This document shows, in pieces, positions 1 to 9,235 of a DNA stretch of 47,904 bases. The stretch is from Aquificota bacterium. Its GTDB lineage: Bacteria; Aquificota; Aquificia; Aquificales; QOAS01. How positions within the stretch are numbered: the first letter of the stretch is position 1; each line of letters opens with the position of its first letter. The notes beneath the pieces were generated by a model, which had not been told where the DNA came from, made no database searches, and was given only the letters and a program-made list of their open reading frames with translations. The translations under genes and the position numbers were made by a program. Location: NCBI GenBank assembly GCA_013153315.1, contig JAADES010000049.1, positions 1-47,904 on the forward strand, read 5' to 3'.

Positions 1-1
1 A

Positions 2-550
2 TCCTTTTTGCAAAAGAAAAATATCAAATTCAAACTTTTTCAGATTTCAGAAAAATTAGAGGAACTTAGGGTTTATTCTCAACTATTGGCCCTTGTGTTG
101 ACCGATGTTTTAAAAGTTGGTGTTAGGGGAGTCAAAAACCGCAGAAGCGAAGAGAAAGATATCCCAAACATTCTTTTTATTGCTCCCAAAAGAGTTAAAA
201 AAGCTTTTGTAGAAGCCTATATAAAAAGCGATGGAAGCCCTAATGGTAATAATTTTGTTGTGTCAACTGTTTCCGAACGGATTTATAAAAAATTACCTTA
301 TCTATCTCATTCCTGCGATTTTCCTGTGGTATTTACAACCAAGCGAAAAACCCCTAAGGGGGTTATTTACATAGGTCACACCGTAAGTTACAAAAAAGTG
401 AAGAAATATTGGGGCAATTTGGTATCAGTTAAAATTATTGAAATTGAAGAGATTAAAGATTACCCTTACCCATGGATTTACGACCTTTCTGTAGATACTG
501 ATACCGAGGGAAACTTTATTTGCGGGCGGGGCGGTGTTTGTCAGCACAAT
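2..550 (+). mobile_element. C-terminal part of an intein with LAGLIDADG-type homing endonuclease remnant
   Basis: Block E-like FVEAYIKSDGS, block F YDLSV..GNFI and block G ending HN (545-550), followed by +1 Thr (551-553), which is the T of the TOPRIM TDxxREGE motif. Confidence 0.88.
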
Positions 551-1021
551 ACAGACCCGGGTAGAGAAGGCGAATTAATTGCAAGGGAAATTCTCCAAAT
601 GGCAGGTTGGAAAAATTGGGATAAAACCTACCGATTTTGGACTTCCGAAGCACTAACACCCGAAGTTATAAGAAAACATTTAAAAAACCTTAAACCAGCC
701 AGAGAATTTGATAGTCTCTATTATTCGGCCCTGGCACGCCAACATGCCGATTGGGTTGTAGGAATAAATTTCACCCGTTTGGCAACCCTAAAAAGCAACT
801 CCGGCGACGTTTGGAGCGTTGGAAGGGTTCAAACGCCAACTTTGCGGCTTATTGTCGAACGCGAGGAAGAAATTCAAAACTTCCAACCGGAGGAATATTT
901 TGTTATTAAAGCTACCTTCCAAAAGGAGAACAAAAATTACGAAGGAATCCTTATTAGGGATAAATCTTTAAAACTTTTGAAGGAAGATATTAAAGATTTA
1001 GAACCTTTGGAGGATGAATAA
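2..1021 (+). pseudogene. topB: 5'-partial, intein-containing and C-terminally truncated type IA topoisomerase (topoisomerase III/TopB-like)
   Basis: The frame is open from the window start. After the intein come TDPGREGE (TOPRIM acidic motif), ARQHADWVVGINFTR and SVGRVQTPTL, which are typical of TopB. The stop at 1019-1021 comes long before the catalytic-Tyr domain. Confidence 0.8.
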
Positions 1022-1028
1022 ATAGACA

Positions 1029-1102
1029 TGCCCCGGGGGGGATTCGAACCCCCGACCTCGAGATTAGGAATCTCGCGCTCTATCCTCCTGAGCTACCGGG
1101 GC
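1029..1102 (-). tRNA. tRNA-Arg (anticodon CCT), CCA not encoded
   Basis: The minus strand folds as acceptor GCCCCGG/CCGGGGC+A, D-arm AGCTCAGGAGGATAGAGC, anticodon stem CGAGA/TCTCG with loop TTCCTAA, and T-loop GGTTCGAATCC. Confidence 0.97.
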
Positions 1103-1165
1103 TAAAATTACTAATCTAACAAATTTAGTGTTTTATTTCAACCAACCTTGTTAAGGTATTTTTCA

Positions 1166-1777
1166 ATGAAACTACAAAAGGTATTGATAGCTTCTTCAAA
1201 TCCCAAAAAGGTTAAAGAGATAAAAGAAATTCTCCGACCTTTGGGTATAGAGGTAATAGTTCCTCCCAAAAAGCTGGAGGTTGAAGAAAAGGGAACTACC
1301 TTTTTGGAAAATGCCTATTTAAAGGCCAAAGCCTACTATGAAGAGTTCAAAATTCCTACCGTTGCCGATGACAGCGGTCTAATAGTGGAAGCAATAGCAC
1401 CCTATCCCGGGGTTTATTCGGCTAGGTTTCATTCAATTCCCGAGTGGGGTAAGGAAGAACCTATCCCCAACGAGGACGAGGCTAATATAAGAAAACTCCT
1501 TAGGGTTTTAAAAAATAAAACCAACCGTAGGGCTAAGTTCGTGTCCAACATAGTCCTTTATTTGGGAGACGGAAAAGGTATTTTTACCGAGGGGGAGGTT
1601 TACGGGAACATTATAGAGAGTCCAAAAGGGGATAAGGGTTTCGGCTACGACCCTATATTTGTCCCTGAAGGTTATAACCAAACCTTTGCCCAAATGGAAC
1701 CCGAAGAAAAACATAAAATATCCCACAGGGGGAAAGCCTTAAGAAAACTTTACGAGCTATTAAAGGAATTTAAATAG
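1166..1777 (+). CDS. rdgB: RdgB/HAM1 non-canonical purine NTP pyrophosphatase (dITP/XTP)
   Basis: ASSNPKK, ENAYLKA, ADDSGL, PGVYSAR, GFGYDPIF and ISHRGKA motifs. ATG at 1166 preferred over TTG at 1148. Confidence 0.95.
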   Translation: MKLQKVLIASSNPKKVKEIKEILRPLGIEVIVPPKKLEVEEKGTTFLENAYLKAKAYYEEFKIPTVADDSGLIVEAIAPYPGVYSARFHSIPEWGKEEPIPNEDEANIRKLLRVLKNKTNRRAKFVSNIVLYLGDGKGIFTEGEVYGNIIESPKGDKGFGYDPIFVPEGYNQTFAQMEPEEKHKISHRGKALRKLYELLKEFK

Positions 1778-1791
1778 GAAAATATCCCTTC

Positions 1792-2841
1792 ATGGCTACC
1801 TTTGATAATAAAAACGACAAAAGCTCGGGAATAACCTATAAGGACGCGGGTGTAGATATAGAAAAAGCCGACCGTTTTGTGGAATATATCAAACAAAAGG
1901 TTAGAGAAGTTCAAGGGCCGGAAATAGTAACCCCCTTTGGGGGCTTTGCCGCCGGTTTCCTTTTGGATATAGGCAAATATAAAGAACCCGTTTTAATGTC
2001 CACCACCGACGGAGTGGGAACCAAATTAAAGATAGCCCAAATAATGAACAAACACGACACCGTAGGAATAGACCTTGTGGCAATGAACGTTAACGACCTA
2101 ATAACAACATTGGCTAAACCTCTATTTTTCCTAGATTACATAGCGACGGGGAAACTGGATTTAGAAGTTCAAAAACAAATTATTGACGGTATAGTGGAGG
2201 GTTGCAAGCACGCTCAATGTTACCTTGTAGGTGGTGAAACCGCCGAAATGCCCGGTTTTTATGCCCCCGGAGAGTATGACCTTGCCGGCTTTTGTGTGGG
2301 AGTTGTAGACCGCCAAGAGATGTTAACAGGAGAAAATATCCAAGCGGGGGATTTATTAATAGGATTACCTTCCAGCGGAATCCATTCCAATGGTTATTCC
2401 CTAGTTAGAAAAATAATTGAAAACCTCTCTTTGGATTACCACCAATATATAGAGGAACTTGGTGGGATTTTGGGAGAAATTTTATTAACCCCTACAAGGA
2501 TTTATGTAAAGGACATATTCAATCTAAAAAACGCAGGAATACAAATGAAAGGTATAGCCCACATAACCGGCGGAGGAATACCAGGAAACCTAATTAGGAT
2601 TCTTCCCGAAGGTGTCCGTGCTGTGGTTCAAAAGGAAAAATTACCAACCCAAAAAATCTTTAAATGGATTCAAGAAAAAGGAAATGTTCCCGAAGGGGAA
2701 ATGTTTAAAACCTTCAACATGGGAGTGGGAATGATTATCGTAGCCGATAGGGAAAATGCAGAAAAAATTCTATCCCTAAATAAGGATGCCCGTTTAATAG
2801 GACATTTGGAGGAAGGAAAAAAAGAGGTTGTTATTGTTTAG
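1792..2841 (+). CDS. purM: phosphoribosylformylglycinamidine cyclo-ligase (AIR synthase)
   Basis: TYKDAGVDI, TDGVGTK, GGETAEMPG, SSGIHSNGYSLVR, AHITGGG, TFNMGVG. Confidence 0.97.
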   Translation: MATFDNKNDKSSGITYKDAGVDIEKADRFVEYIKQKVREVQGPEIVTPFGGFAAGFLLDIGKYKEPVLMSTTDGVGTKLKIAQIMNKHDTVGIDLVAMNVNDLITTLAKPLFFLDYIATGKLDLEVQKQIIDGIVEGCKHAQCYLVGGETAEMPGFYAPGEYDLAGFCVGVVDRQEMLTGENIQAGDLLIGLPSSGIHSNGYSLVRKIIENLSLDYHQYIEELGGILGEILLTPTRIYVKDIFNLKNAGIQMKGIAHITGGGIPGNLIRILPEGVRAVVQKEKLPTQKIFKWIQEKGNVPEGEMFKTFNMGVGMIIVADRENAEKILSLNKDARLIGHLEEGKKEVVIV

Positions 2842-2846
2842 TTTTG

Positions 2847-4691
2847 TTATTCTTCTTCCAATTCCTCTATTTTGCAATGAACTTCTTTCAACTGTTTGGG
2901 GTCTACATAATCGGGGGCGTTGGTAAGCGGGCAGATACCTTTTTGTGTTTTAGGGAAGGCTATAACGTCCCTTATGCTGTCGGCTCCCACCATTAGGGCC
3001 ACCACCCTGTCTAAGCCGAAAGCAAATCCACCGTGGGGAGGAGCTCCGTATTTGAGAGCCTCTAAGAGAAATCCGAATTTTTCTTGCGCTTCAACTTCAC
3101 CTATGTTTAGAAGTTTGAATATTTTTTGCTGAATGTCGGTGCGGTGTATCCTAATTGAACCGCCCCCTATTTCGTAGCCGTTTAGAACCATATCGTAGGC
3201 CAGGGATTTAACTCCTTTTAGGATTTCTTTTCTTTTTTCTATATCTTCCGTTGCTAAAGCCTCGTCTATTTTGGGAAGGTCTTCTTCCCTGGGCATTGTA
3301 AAGGGGTGGTGCACCGATACAAATCTTTCTTCCTCTTCATCCCACTCCATTAGGGGAAAATCTACCACCCAAAGGAATTTGAAACCTTCTTCGCGGGCGT
3401 TAAGCTCGTCGGCAAGGCGGCGGCGTAGGGCGTCCATAACCTTGTAAACAAATTCTTTGTCGGTATCGGCTTGGAAGAAGATAATGTCTCCCACCGAGGC
3501 ATTTACCCTTTTTAAAAGGTTTTGAATTTCTTCATCACTGAAGAATTTTGTTATAGGGGAGGTTAATTTATTTTCATCTACCCTTATCCAGGCTAATCCT
3601 TTTGCCCCCAACTTTTGGACGAATTTTGTTAATTCATCAATCTTTTGACGGGATAATTTATTAGCCCCACCACGGACTACTATAGCTTTGATAATTCCCC
3701 CTTTGTCTACAACATTTTTAAAGACCTTAAATTGGGTCTCTTTAAAGATATCGGTTAAATCTATTAGGGGGGTTATTATTTCCTCCTTAATCCTTAGGTC
3801 GGGTTTATCGGTTCCATATTTGTCCATTACATAGTCATAGCTGTAAACGGGAAAAGGTTCTTTTAGCTCCACATTAAGGACTTCTTTAAAAACTTTTTTA
3901 ATTAACCTTTCGGCGGTATCCATTACATCTTTTTGCCCTACAAAGGAAAGCTCGAAATCTATTTGAGTAAATTCGGGTTGGCGGTCGGCCCTAAGGTCTT
4001 CGTCCCTTAGGCACTTTGCTATCTGGAAATATTTATCTATTCCCGCCACCATTAATATCTGCTTAAAGAGCTGGGGAGATTGGGGTAGTGCGTAGAACTT
4101 TCCGGGGTGCAACCTCGAAGGAACTATAAAGTCCCTAGCCCCTTCGGGGGTGGATTTGGTAAGCAAGGGGGTTTCAACCTCTATAAATCCTTCTTCGGTC
4201 ATGAAGTTCCTAACCACTTGGTAGGTTTTATGTCTAATTAGGAGGTTATTGAGCATAGGTCTCCGACGCAAATCCAAATAGCGATAGCGGAGTCGGGTTT
4301 CTTCGTTAACGTTTATATCGTCCTCGATTTGGAAGGGCAAAGGTTGCTGGGCGGTGTTTAAAACAACCACTTTATCGGCCAAAACTTCCACATACCCCGT
4401 TGGAATTTTGGGGTTTTCCGTTCCTTCGGGGCGGCGTCTTACAACCCCTTCTATCGCTATAACATACTCGGGTTTTACGCGGTCGGCTATTTCGTAGGCT
4501 TCAGGGGTTTTTAATTCTTCCACAACTACCTGGACTATTCCGCTTCTATCGCGTAAATCTATAAAGACAACTCCGCCGTGGTTTCTGACAGTATCAACCC
4601 AACCGGCGAGGCGGACTTTTTGGCCTATATTATTTTCGTTTAATTCTCCACAATAGTGGGTTCTTCTAAAATCTCCTAAAACTTCCAGCAT
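2847..4691 (-). CDS. aspS: aspartate--tRNA ligase (probably non-discriminating)
   Basis: RTHYCGEL, RNHGG (His typical of non-discriminating AspRS), STPEGARDF, LPQSPQLFKQ, DEDLRADRQPEFTQ, GAPPHGG. Confidence 0.97.
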   Translation of the reverse strand: MLEVLGDFRRTHYCGELNENNIGQKVRLAGWVDTVRNHGGVVFIDLRDRSGIVQVVVEELKTPEAYEIADRVKPEYVIAIEGVVRRRPEGTENPKIPTGYVEVLADKVVVLNTAQQPLPFQIEDDINVNEETRLRYRYLDLRRRPMLNNLLIRHKTYQVVRNFMTEEGFIEVETPLLTKSTPEGARDFIVPSRLHPGKFYALPQSPQLFKQILMVAGIDKYFQIAKCLRDEDLRADRQPEFTQIDFELSFVGQKDVMDTAERLIKKVFKEVLNVELKEPFPVYSYDYVMDKYGTDKPDLRIKEEIITPLIDLTDIFKETQFKVFKNVVDKGGIIKAIVVRGGANKLSRQKIDELTKFVQKLGAKGLAWIRVDENKLTSPITKFFSDEEIQNLLKRVNASVGDIIFFQADTDKEFVYKVMDALRRRLADELNAREEGFKFLWVVDFPLMEWDEEEERFVSVHHPFTMPREEDLPKIDEALATEDIEKRKEILKGVKSLAYDMVLNGYEIGGGSIRIHRTDIQQKIFKLLNIGEVEAQEKFGFLLEALKYGAPPHGGFAFGLDRVVALMVGADSIRDVIAFPKTQKGICPLTNAPDYVDPKQLKEVHCKIEELEEE

Positions 4692-4766
4692 TTAATCCAA
4701 ATAATTCTAAAGAGGCAACAAATAAACGCCCCCAATAGGAGTAAGAAAAGAAAATCCTTTTAGAGA

Positions 4767-5651
4767 TTAAAAAATAATGTCCAACAACACTATTAGGAAG
4801 AAAATAACACTAATCCAACCGTTTATGGTAAAGAAAGCCTTGTTAATCTTACTAAGGTCGTTGGGTTTTATCAGACTATGTTCGTAAACTAAAAAGAGTG
4901 CCAAAATAAGGAGTCCTAAAAAGTAAATAACTCCGAGTTTGGGAAAGATTAAACCTACCGCCAAAAGGGATAGAAAGGTTATAAGATGACTTAACCGTGC
5001 AACCAAAATAGCTTTTTCCTTACCGAGTTTAACGGGTAAAGATTTCACACCGTGTTTTTTATCAAATTCGTAGTCTTGGAGGGCGTAAAGAATATCAAAA
5101 CCGATAACCCATGAAGCCATAGCCACGCCCAATAAAAGGGCTCCAAGGGAAATTCGACCGTTTAAAGCTACATCCACCGCCAAGGGTATAAGAAAGTAGA
5201 CAATTCCCAAAATTAGGTGGGGAAAATAGGTAATCCTTTTGGCAAAGGGATAAAACCAAAGGAAGAAAACCACAATGGGAGAAAGAATAAAAGCCAACAT
5301 ATTGATTGCGTAGGAAACAACCATAAAGGCGGCAGAGGAAAATATGGCAAATAGCTTAACCCACTCAAGGGGAACCTCTCCTTTTATATGAGGCCACACT
5401 TTGGTTCGGGGATTTTTTCGGTCTATTTCGTAATCTATCCAGCGGTTGAAAGCCATTCCTGCGGTGCGGGCCAAAACCAAAGCGAGGATTATTAAAAGTA
5501 TTTTTTCCACCGAAGGGGTTTTTTGGGCTAAGAGTGCTACCGAAGCTAGGGCAAAGGGTAAGGCAAATATTGTGTGCTCAAACTTTATAACCTCGAGAAG
5601 TTTTTTAATTCTTTGAACCAAAGAAAGGTTTTTAAAGGCTTTTTGTTCCAT
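4767..5651 (-). CDS. mqnP: UbiA-family prenyltransferase, futalosine-pathway MqnP-like
   Basis: IKFEHTIFALPFA, AMAFNRWID..IDRKNPRT, FDILYALQD; multiple TM helices. Confidence 0.85.
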   Translation of the reverse strand: MEQKAFKNLSLVQRIKKLLEVIKFEHTIFALPFALASVALLAQKTPSVEKILLIILALVLARTAGMAFNRWIDYEIDRKNPRTKVWPHIKGEVPLEWVKLFAIFSSAAFMVVSYAINMLAFILSPIVVFFLWFYPFAKRITYFPHLILGIVYFLIPLAVDVALNGRISLGALLLGVAMASWVIGFDILYALQDYEFDKKHGVKSLPVKLGKEKAILVARLSHLITFLSLLAVGLIFPKLGVIYFLGLLILALFLVYEHSLIKPNDLSKINKAFFTINGWISVIFFLIVLLDIIF

Positions 5652-5710
5652 TTAAGGGTTTTAATTATTCCTTCCAAAGAAGGAACTAAAAAGAAAAGAT
5701 GTAAACGAAA

Positions 5711-6787
5711 TTAGGAAAGATAGGTTTTCTCTTTTAGTTTGGGTTTAACTTTTTCTTGATACTCGTCCCAAGACATTTCGAAGATTTCGTCCAAAGTGAA
5801 ACCGAGGTCTTCGGCCAGTTCTTTGGAGAGTTTTTCCATTCTTAGGAGATAATCCCATTTGGTGTAGATTTCTTCTTTAATTTTGTCCAAAACTTGGGGC
5901 ATTTTTAGGACGTGTCTCCAACGGGGTTGCATTGCGATGTAGTCTTCAATGGGCTTGGGTTTAGAGGGTTTTACATTGATTCTCCAAAATCTTCCCTCTA
6001 TAACTTCGTAGAGGGGCCAATAGAGGGATTCGGTAGCCAATTTTAGAGCACGGAAGGCTTCTTCGGGTTTAGTTCTCCACGATAGGGTGCAGGATTGCAG
6101 AACGTTTATAAACTTAAATCCTTTGACATCTTTGGATTTCCTAATTTTGCGGGTGAAGTCCTTGTAATTGAAGGGGTTTGCTTGGGCGGTATAGGGGATT
6201 TCGTGGGCGGCCATTATTAGAGTTAGGTCTTTTCTTTTTTCTTCTTTACCTACAATTTTGGAACCTACAGGTGTTGTTTTTGTGAATGCTCCGATGGGTG
6301 TAGCGGAAGACCTTTGATAACCAGTGTTTTGATATCCTTCGTTGTTGTAGCAAACATAGAGCATATTGTGGTTTCTTTCGGCCGCTCCAGAGAGAGCTTG
6401 AAAACCAATATCGTAGGTTCCACCGTCTCCGTTTATGGAAACGAAGTGTATTTCTTTGTCTATTTTTCCTTTCTTTTTAAAGGCTTTATAGGCAGCTTCA
6501 GCACCCGATAGAACGGCGGGGTTGTTTTCGAATGCCACGTGTATCCATGGAACGGTCCACGCTGTGTAAGGGAATACTCCCGTGGTCACTTCCAAACATC
6601 CGGTGTTGGAACCGGTTACGGTGTCTTTACCGTATTCGAGAAGAATCATATTAACGATGGGGGGAATGGAACATCCGGGACACATTCTGTGACCGGGGGC
6701 AAGGGGGTTCTCGTAAGGCCACTGATGGCTTTCTTCCGCCAAGTGGGTCAAAACAGGTATGTTAACAAACTTCTTTCTTTTGGCCAT
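5711..6787 (-). CDS. porB: pyruvate/2-oxoacid:ferredoxin oxidoreductase beta subunit (TPP-binding)
   Basis: GHRMCPGC, TGCLEV, GDGGTYDIGFQALSGA, NNEGYQNTG.QRS.ATP. Confidence 0.92.
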   Translation of the reverse strand: MAKRKKFVNIPVLTHLAEESHQWPYENPLAPGHRMCPGCSIPPIVNMILLEYGKDTVTGSNTGCLEVTTGVFPYTAWTVPWIHVAFENNPAVLSGAEAAYKAFKKKGKIDKEIHFVSINGDGGTYDIGFQALSGAAERNHNMLYVCYNNEGYQNTGYQRSSATPIGAFTKTTPVGSKIVGKEEKRKDLTLIMAAHEIPYTAQANPFNYKDFTRKIRKSKDVKGFKFINVLQSCTLSWRTKPEEAFRALKLATESLYWPLYEVIEGRFWRINVKPSKPKPIEDYIAMQPRWRHVLKMPQVLDKIKEEIYTKWDYLLRMEKLSKELAEDLGFTLDEIFEMSWDEYQEKVKPKLKEKTYLS

Positions 6788-6868
6788 CTTAAACCTCCTT
6801 TTTAACTTAAACGGAGGAGAAAAAATTTTCCTCCTTAAAAGGTTAAAAGGGAAAATCCCTAAAGGGGT

Positions 6869-8080
6869 TTATTCCCTAACCTGTAGGTATTCCACAAATC
6901 TGTTGCGGGTTTCTTTTCCTGTGTAGAGGTTAATAACCCTGTTAAAGGCTTTTAGCATATCTTCAACTGTCACTTCCCTACCACCCAAACCGTATATAAA
7001 GTCATGCAGTAGGGGTTTTTCGGGTAGGTGATACATAGATGCCGCCAAATCTTGGAATAGAGGCGAGGCCAAAGCGTTCATGGAATCGTGTCTGTCGAGA
7101 ACGGCGACAGCTTTTAGATGTTTTAGGGCGTCTACGATTTCTTCTACGGGGAAGGGTCTAAATAGTCTTATTTTCAATACACCCGCTTTAATCCCTTGTT
7201 CTCTCAATATATCGGCGGCGGTGCGGGCAACTCCGGCGGTCGAACCCATCACAACAATGGCAAAGTCGGCATCTTCCAACTTGTAGGGTTCGATAATGTC
7301 GTAGTTGGTTCCCGCCAGTTCGTTAAATTCTGCCAAAACTTCTTTAACGTATTTTTTAGCTTCGAAGGTGGCTTCGTGCTGTTGATATTTTAGCTCGGTG
7401 TAGTAGTCGGGCAAGGCGGTTGCACCGTAGGTAACAGGGTTGTCGGTATCCAAGAGAGGATGGGGAACATTTTTCCTCCAATCGCTTTCACCTATAAATT
7501 CCTGAACCTCTTTGTCGGTTAGAAGATTTACATTTCCTATAGTGTGGGAAACGATATAACCTTCCATATTCACGATGGTGGGGAGGAGAGCTTTTTCGGC
7601 TATTTTTACAGCCATTATTAGGTTGTGGTAGGCCTCTTGGGAGTTTTCGCTAAATAGCTGTATCCAACCGCTGTCGCGGGCGGTCATTGCGTCGCCGTGG
7701 TCGCAGTGAATGTTCAGTGGTGCCGAGAGAGCCCTGTTAACCAATACCATTGTGATGGGGAGGCGCCAGTTGGAGGCTATGGGTAGGTTTTCATACATAT
7801 ATAAAAGACCTTGGGCGGCCGTTGCGGTCATCGCCCTTGCACCGGAGGCGGCCGCACCTATAACGGCCGACATTGCCGAGTGTTCGGATTCTACGGTAAC
7901 GAATTCGGTATCAACCAAACCGTTGGCCAAATATTCGGCAAAAAAGCCCATCAATTCGGTTTGGGGGGATATAGGATAGGCTGCTACAACATCGTAGTTT
8001 ATTTGGCGCATAGCTTCGGCTATGGCCTGGTTACCGGTCATTGCGACGGTTTTTCTTTCTTTTATTAGCTCAACCGCCAT
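6869..8080 (-). CDS. porA: pyruvate/2-oxoacid:ferredoxin oxidoreductase alpha subunit
   Basis: AAYPISPQT, VESEHSAMS, NRALSAPLNIHCDH, YGLGGR. ATG at 8080 has a GGAGG RBS. Confidence 0.92.
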   Translation of the reverse strand: MAVELIKERKTVAMTGNQAIAEAMRQINYDVVAAYPISPQTELMGFFAEYLANGLVDTEFVTVESEHSAMSAVIGAAASGARAMTATAAQGLLYMYENLPIASNWRLPITMVLVNRALSAPLNIHCDHGDAMTARDSGWIQLFSENSQEAYHNLIMAVKIAEKALLPTIVNMEGYIVSHTIGNVNLLTDKEVQEFIGESDWRKNVPHPLLDTDNPVTYGATALPDYYTELKYQQHEATFEAKKYVKEVLAEFNELAGTNYDIIEPYKLEDADFAIVVMGSTAGVARTAADILREQGIKAGVLKIRLFRPFPVEEIVDALKHLKAVAVLDRHDSMNALASPLFQDLAASMYHLPEKPLLHDFIYGLGGREVTVEDMLKAFNRVINLYTGKETRNRFVEYLQVRE

Positions 8081-8146
8081 TTTTTTACCTCCTAATTTAA
8101 AGCCCTGTATGGAGGGCAAATATTTCTTTCGTGCTAAATGCTTTTC

Positions 8147-8464
8147 TTATTTTTTGTCTATTAGTTTTAGTTCTTCGAGGATAACGTCCGCCTCTTGAAC
8201 CATTTCTATAGCTTTATAGGGGCATTCAACGGCACAAATTCCGCAACCTTTGCAGTGGTAGAGTTCGGTTTCAAAACGGATTTTTCCGTTGGAAGGTATG
8301 GAATCATCGGGGCAAAATACCCAGCATATTAGGCAGTCGGTGCATTTTTCGGGGTTCACTATAGGACGGGCTATTCTCCAAGTTCCGGTTTCAACCTCTC
8401 TGGAGTTTCCGGGTTCGGTAACAACTCCACCTATGGGTAATTCTTTCCAACCTTTTAATTTCAT
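8147..8464 (-). CDS. porD: 2-oxoacid:ferredoxin oxidoreductase delta subunit (2x[4Fe-4S])
   Basis: TGTWR..RP, CxxCxxCWxFCPD and CKGCGICAxECP. Confidence 0.93.
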   Translation of the reverse strand: MKLKGWKELPIGGVVTEPGNSREVETGTWRIARPIVNPEKCTDCLICWVFCPDDSIPSNGKIRFETELYHCKGCGICAVECPYKAIEMVQEADVILEELKLIDKK

Positions 8465-8596
8465 TTTTTAAACCTCCCTTTGGTCTTTACGAGATTTCCC
8501 CTTAAAGGGGATTAACACTAACCCCTTCCTTCCAAATGGGGGTTTACGCTTTACTACTTTATCCTTTCGAAGGAAGGGAAAAATATGAAAAAAGTT

Positions 8597-9235
8597 TTAA
8601 GCACATTTAACTTCGTTATAACCCCTTTCCATTGCCTTTAGGTTGGCGGGGATAAGGGCCCTCAATTTGGAAGATGCTCCGAAACTCTCTTCCAACTCCT
8701 CTTTAACGGTTTCCATATCCACCACTTCGGGCAGAATTTTTGCCATTGCTCCCAAAATGGCGGTGTTGGGAACGTTTCGACCTATTTCCTCGAGGGCTAT
8801 TTTGGTAGCGTCTACGGTGCAAACTTTGTTAGGTTTTCCTTCCAATCCGAGGATTTTTTTGGCTTCCTCGGGGGACATAGGGGTATTGATAATGAAAATG
8901 GTTTCGTCGGTAATCCCTTCCCTGGGGTCGGGTATGCTTTCGGGCAGTTTTCCGCCTCGGCTGGCTGCCAAGTAAACCATTACGGAGGGGTCGGTTATAA
9001 CCACTATGTGGGGGTGTCTAACAGGGTCATTTCTCATTATAGGCTCCTTAGATACTCGAGAGTAAACGGCGACGGGAGTTCCTGAACGCTCCAATCCGAA
9101 CATAGGAATGGATTGGCCATGATAGCCCCTTTTTACAGCCACCGATGCGAACATTTTTGCGGCGGTAACGGTTCCTTGACCACCCCTACCGTGCCATCTT
9201 ATCTCGATTGTGCCTTGGTCTAAGGATATTGCCAT
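8597..9235 (-). CDS. porG: 2-oxoacid:ferredoxin oxidoreductase gamma subunit
   Basis: EIRWHGRGGQG, FGLERSG.PV, PNTAILGA. Confidence 0.92.
   Translation of the reverse strand: MAISLDQGTIEIRWHGRGGQGTVTAAKMFASVAVKRGYHGQSIPMFGLERSGTPVAVYSRVSKEPIMRNDPVRHPHIVVITDPSVMVYLAASRGGKLPESIPDPREGITDETIFIINTPMSPEEAKKILGLEGKPNKVCTVDATKIALEEIGRNVPNTAILGAMAKILPEVVDMETVKEELEESFGASSKLRALIPANLKAMERGYNEVKCA

Noticed and set aside
1-1150. Integrase or att direct repeat for the putative island
   Set aside because: Neither is visible in the window, so no mobile element boundary pair is claimed.
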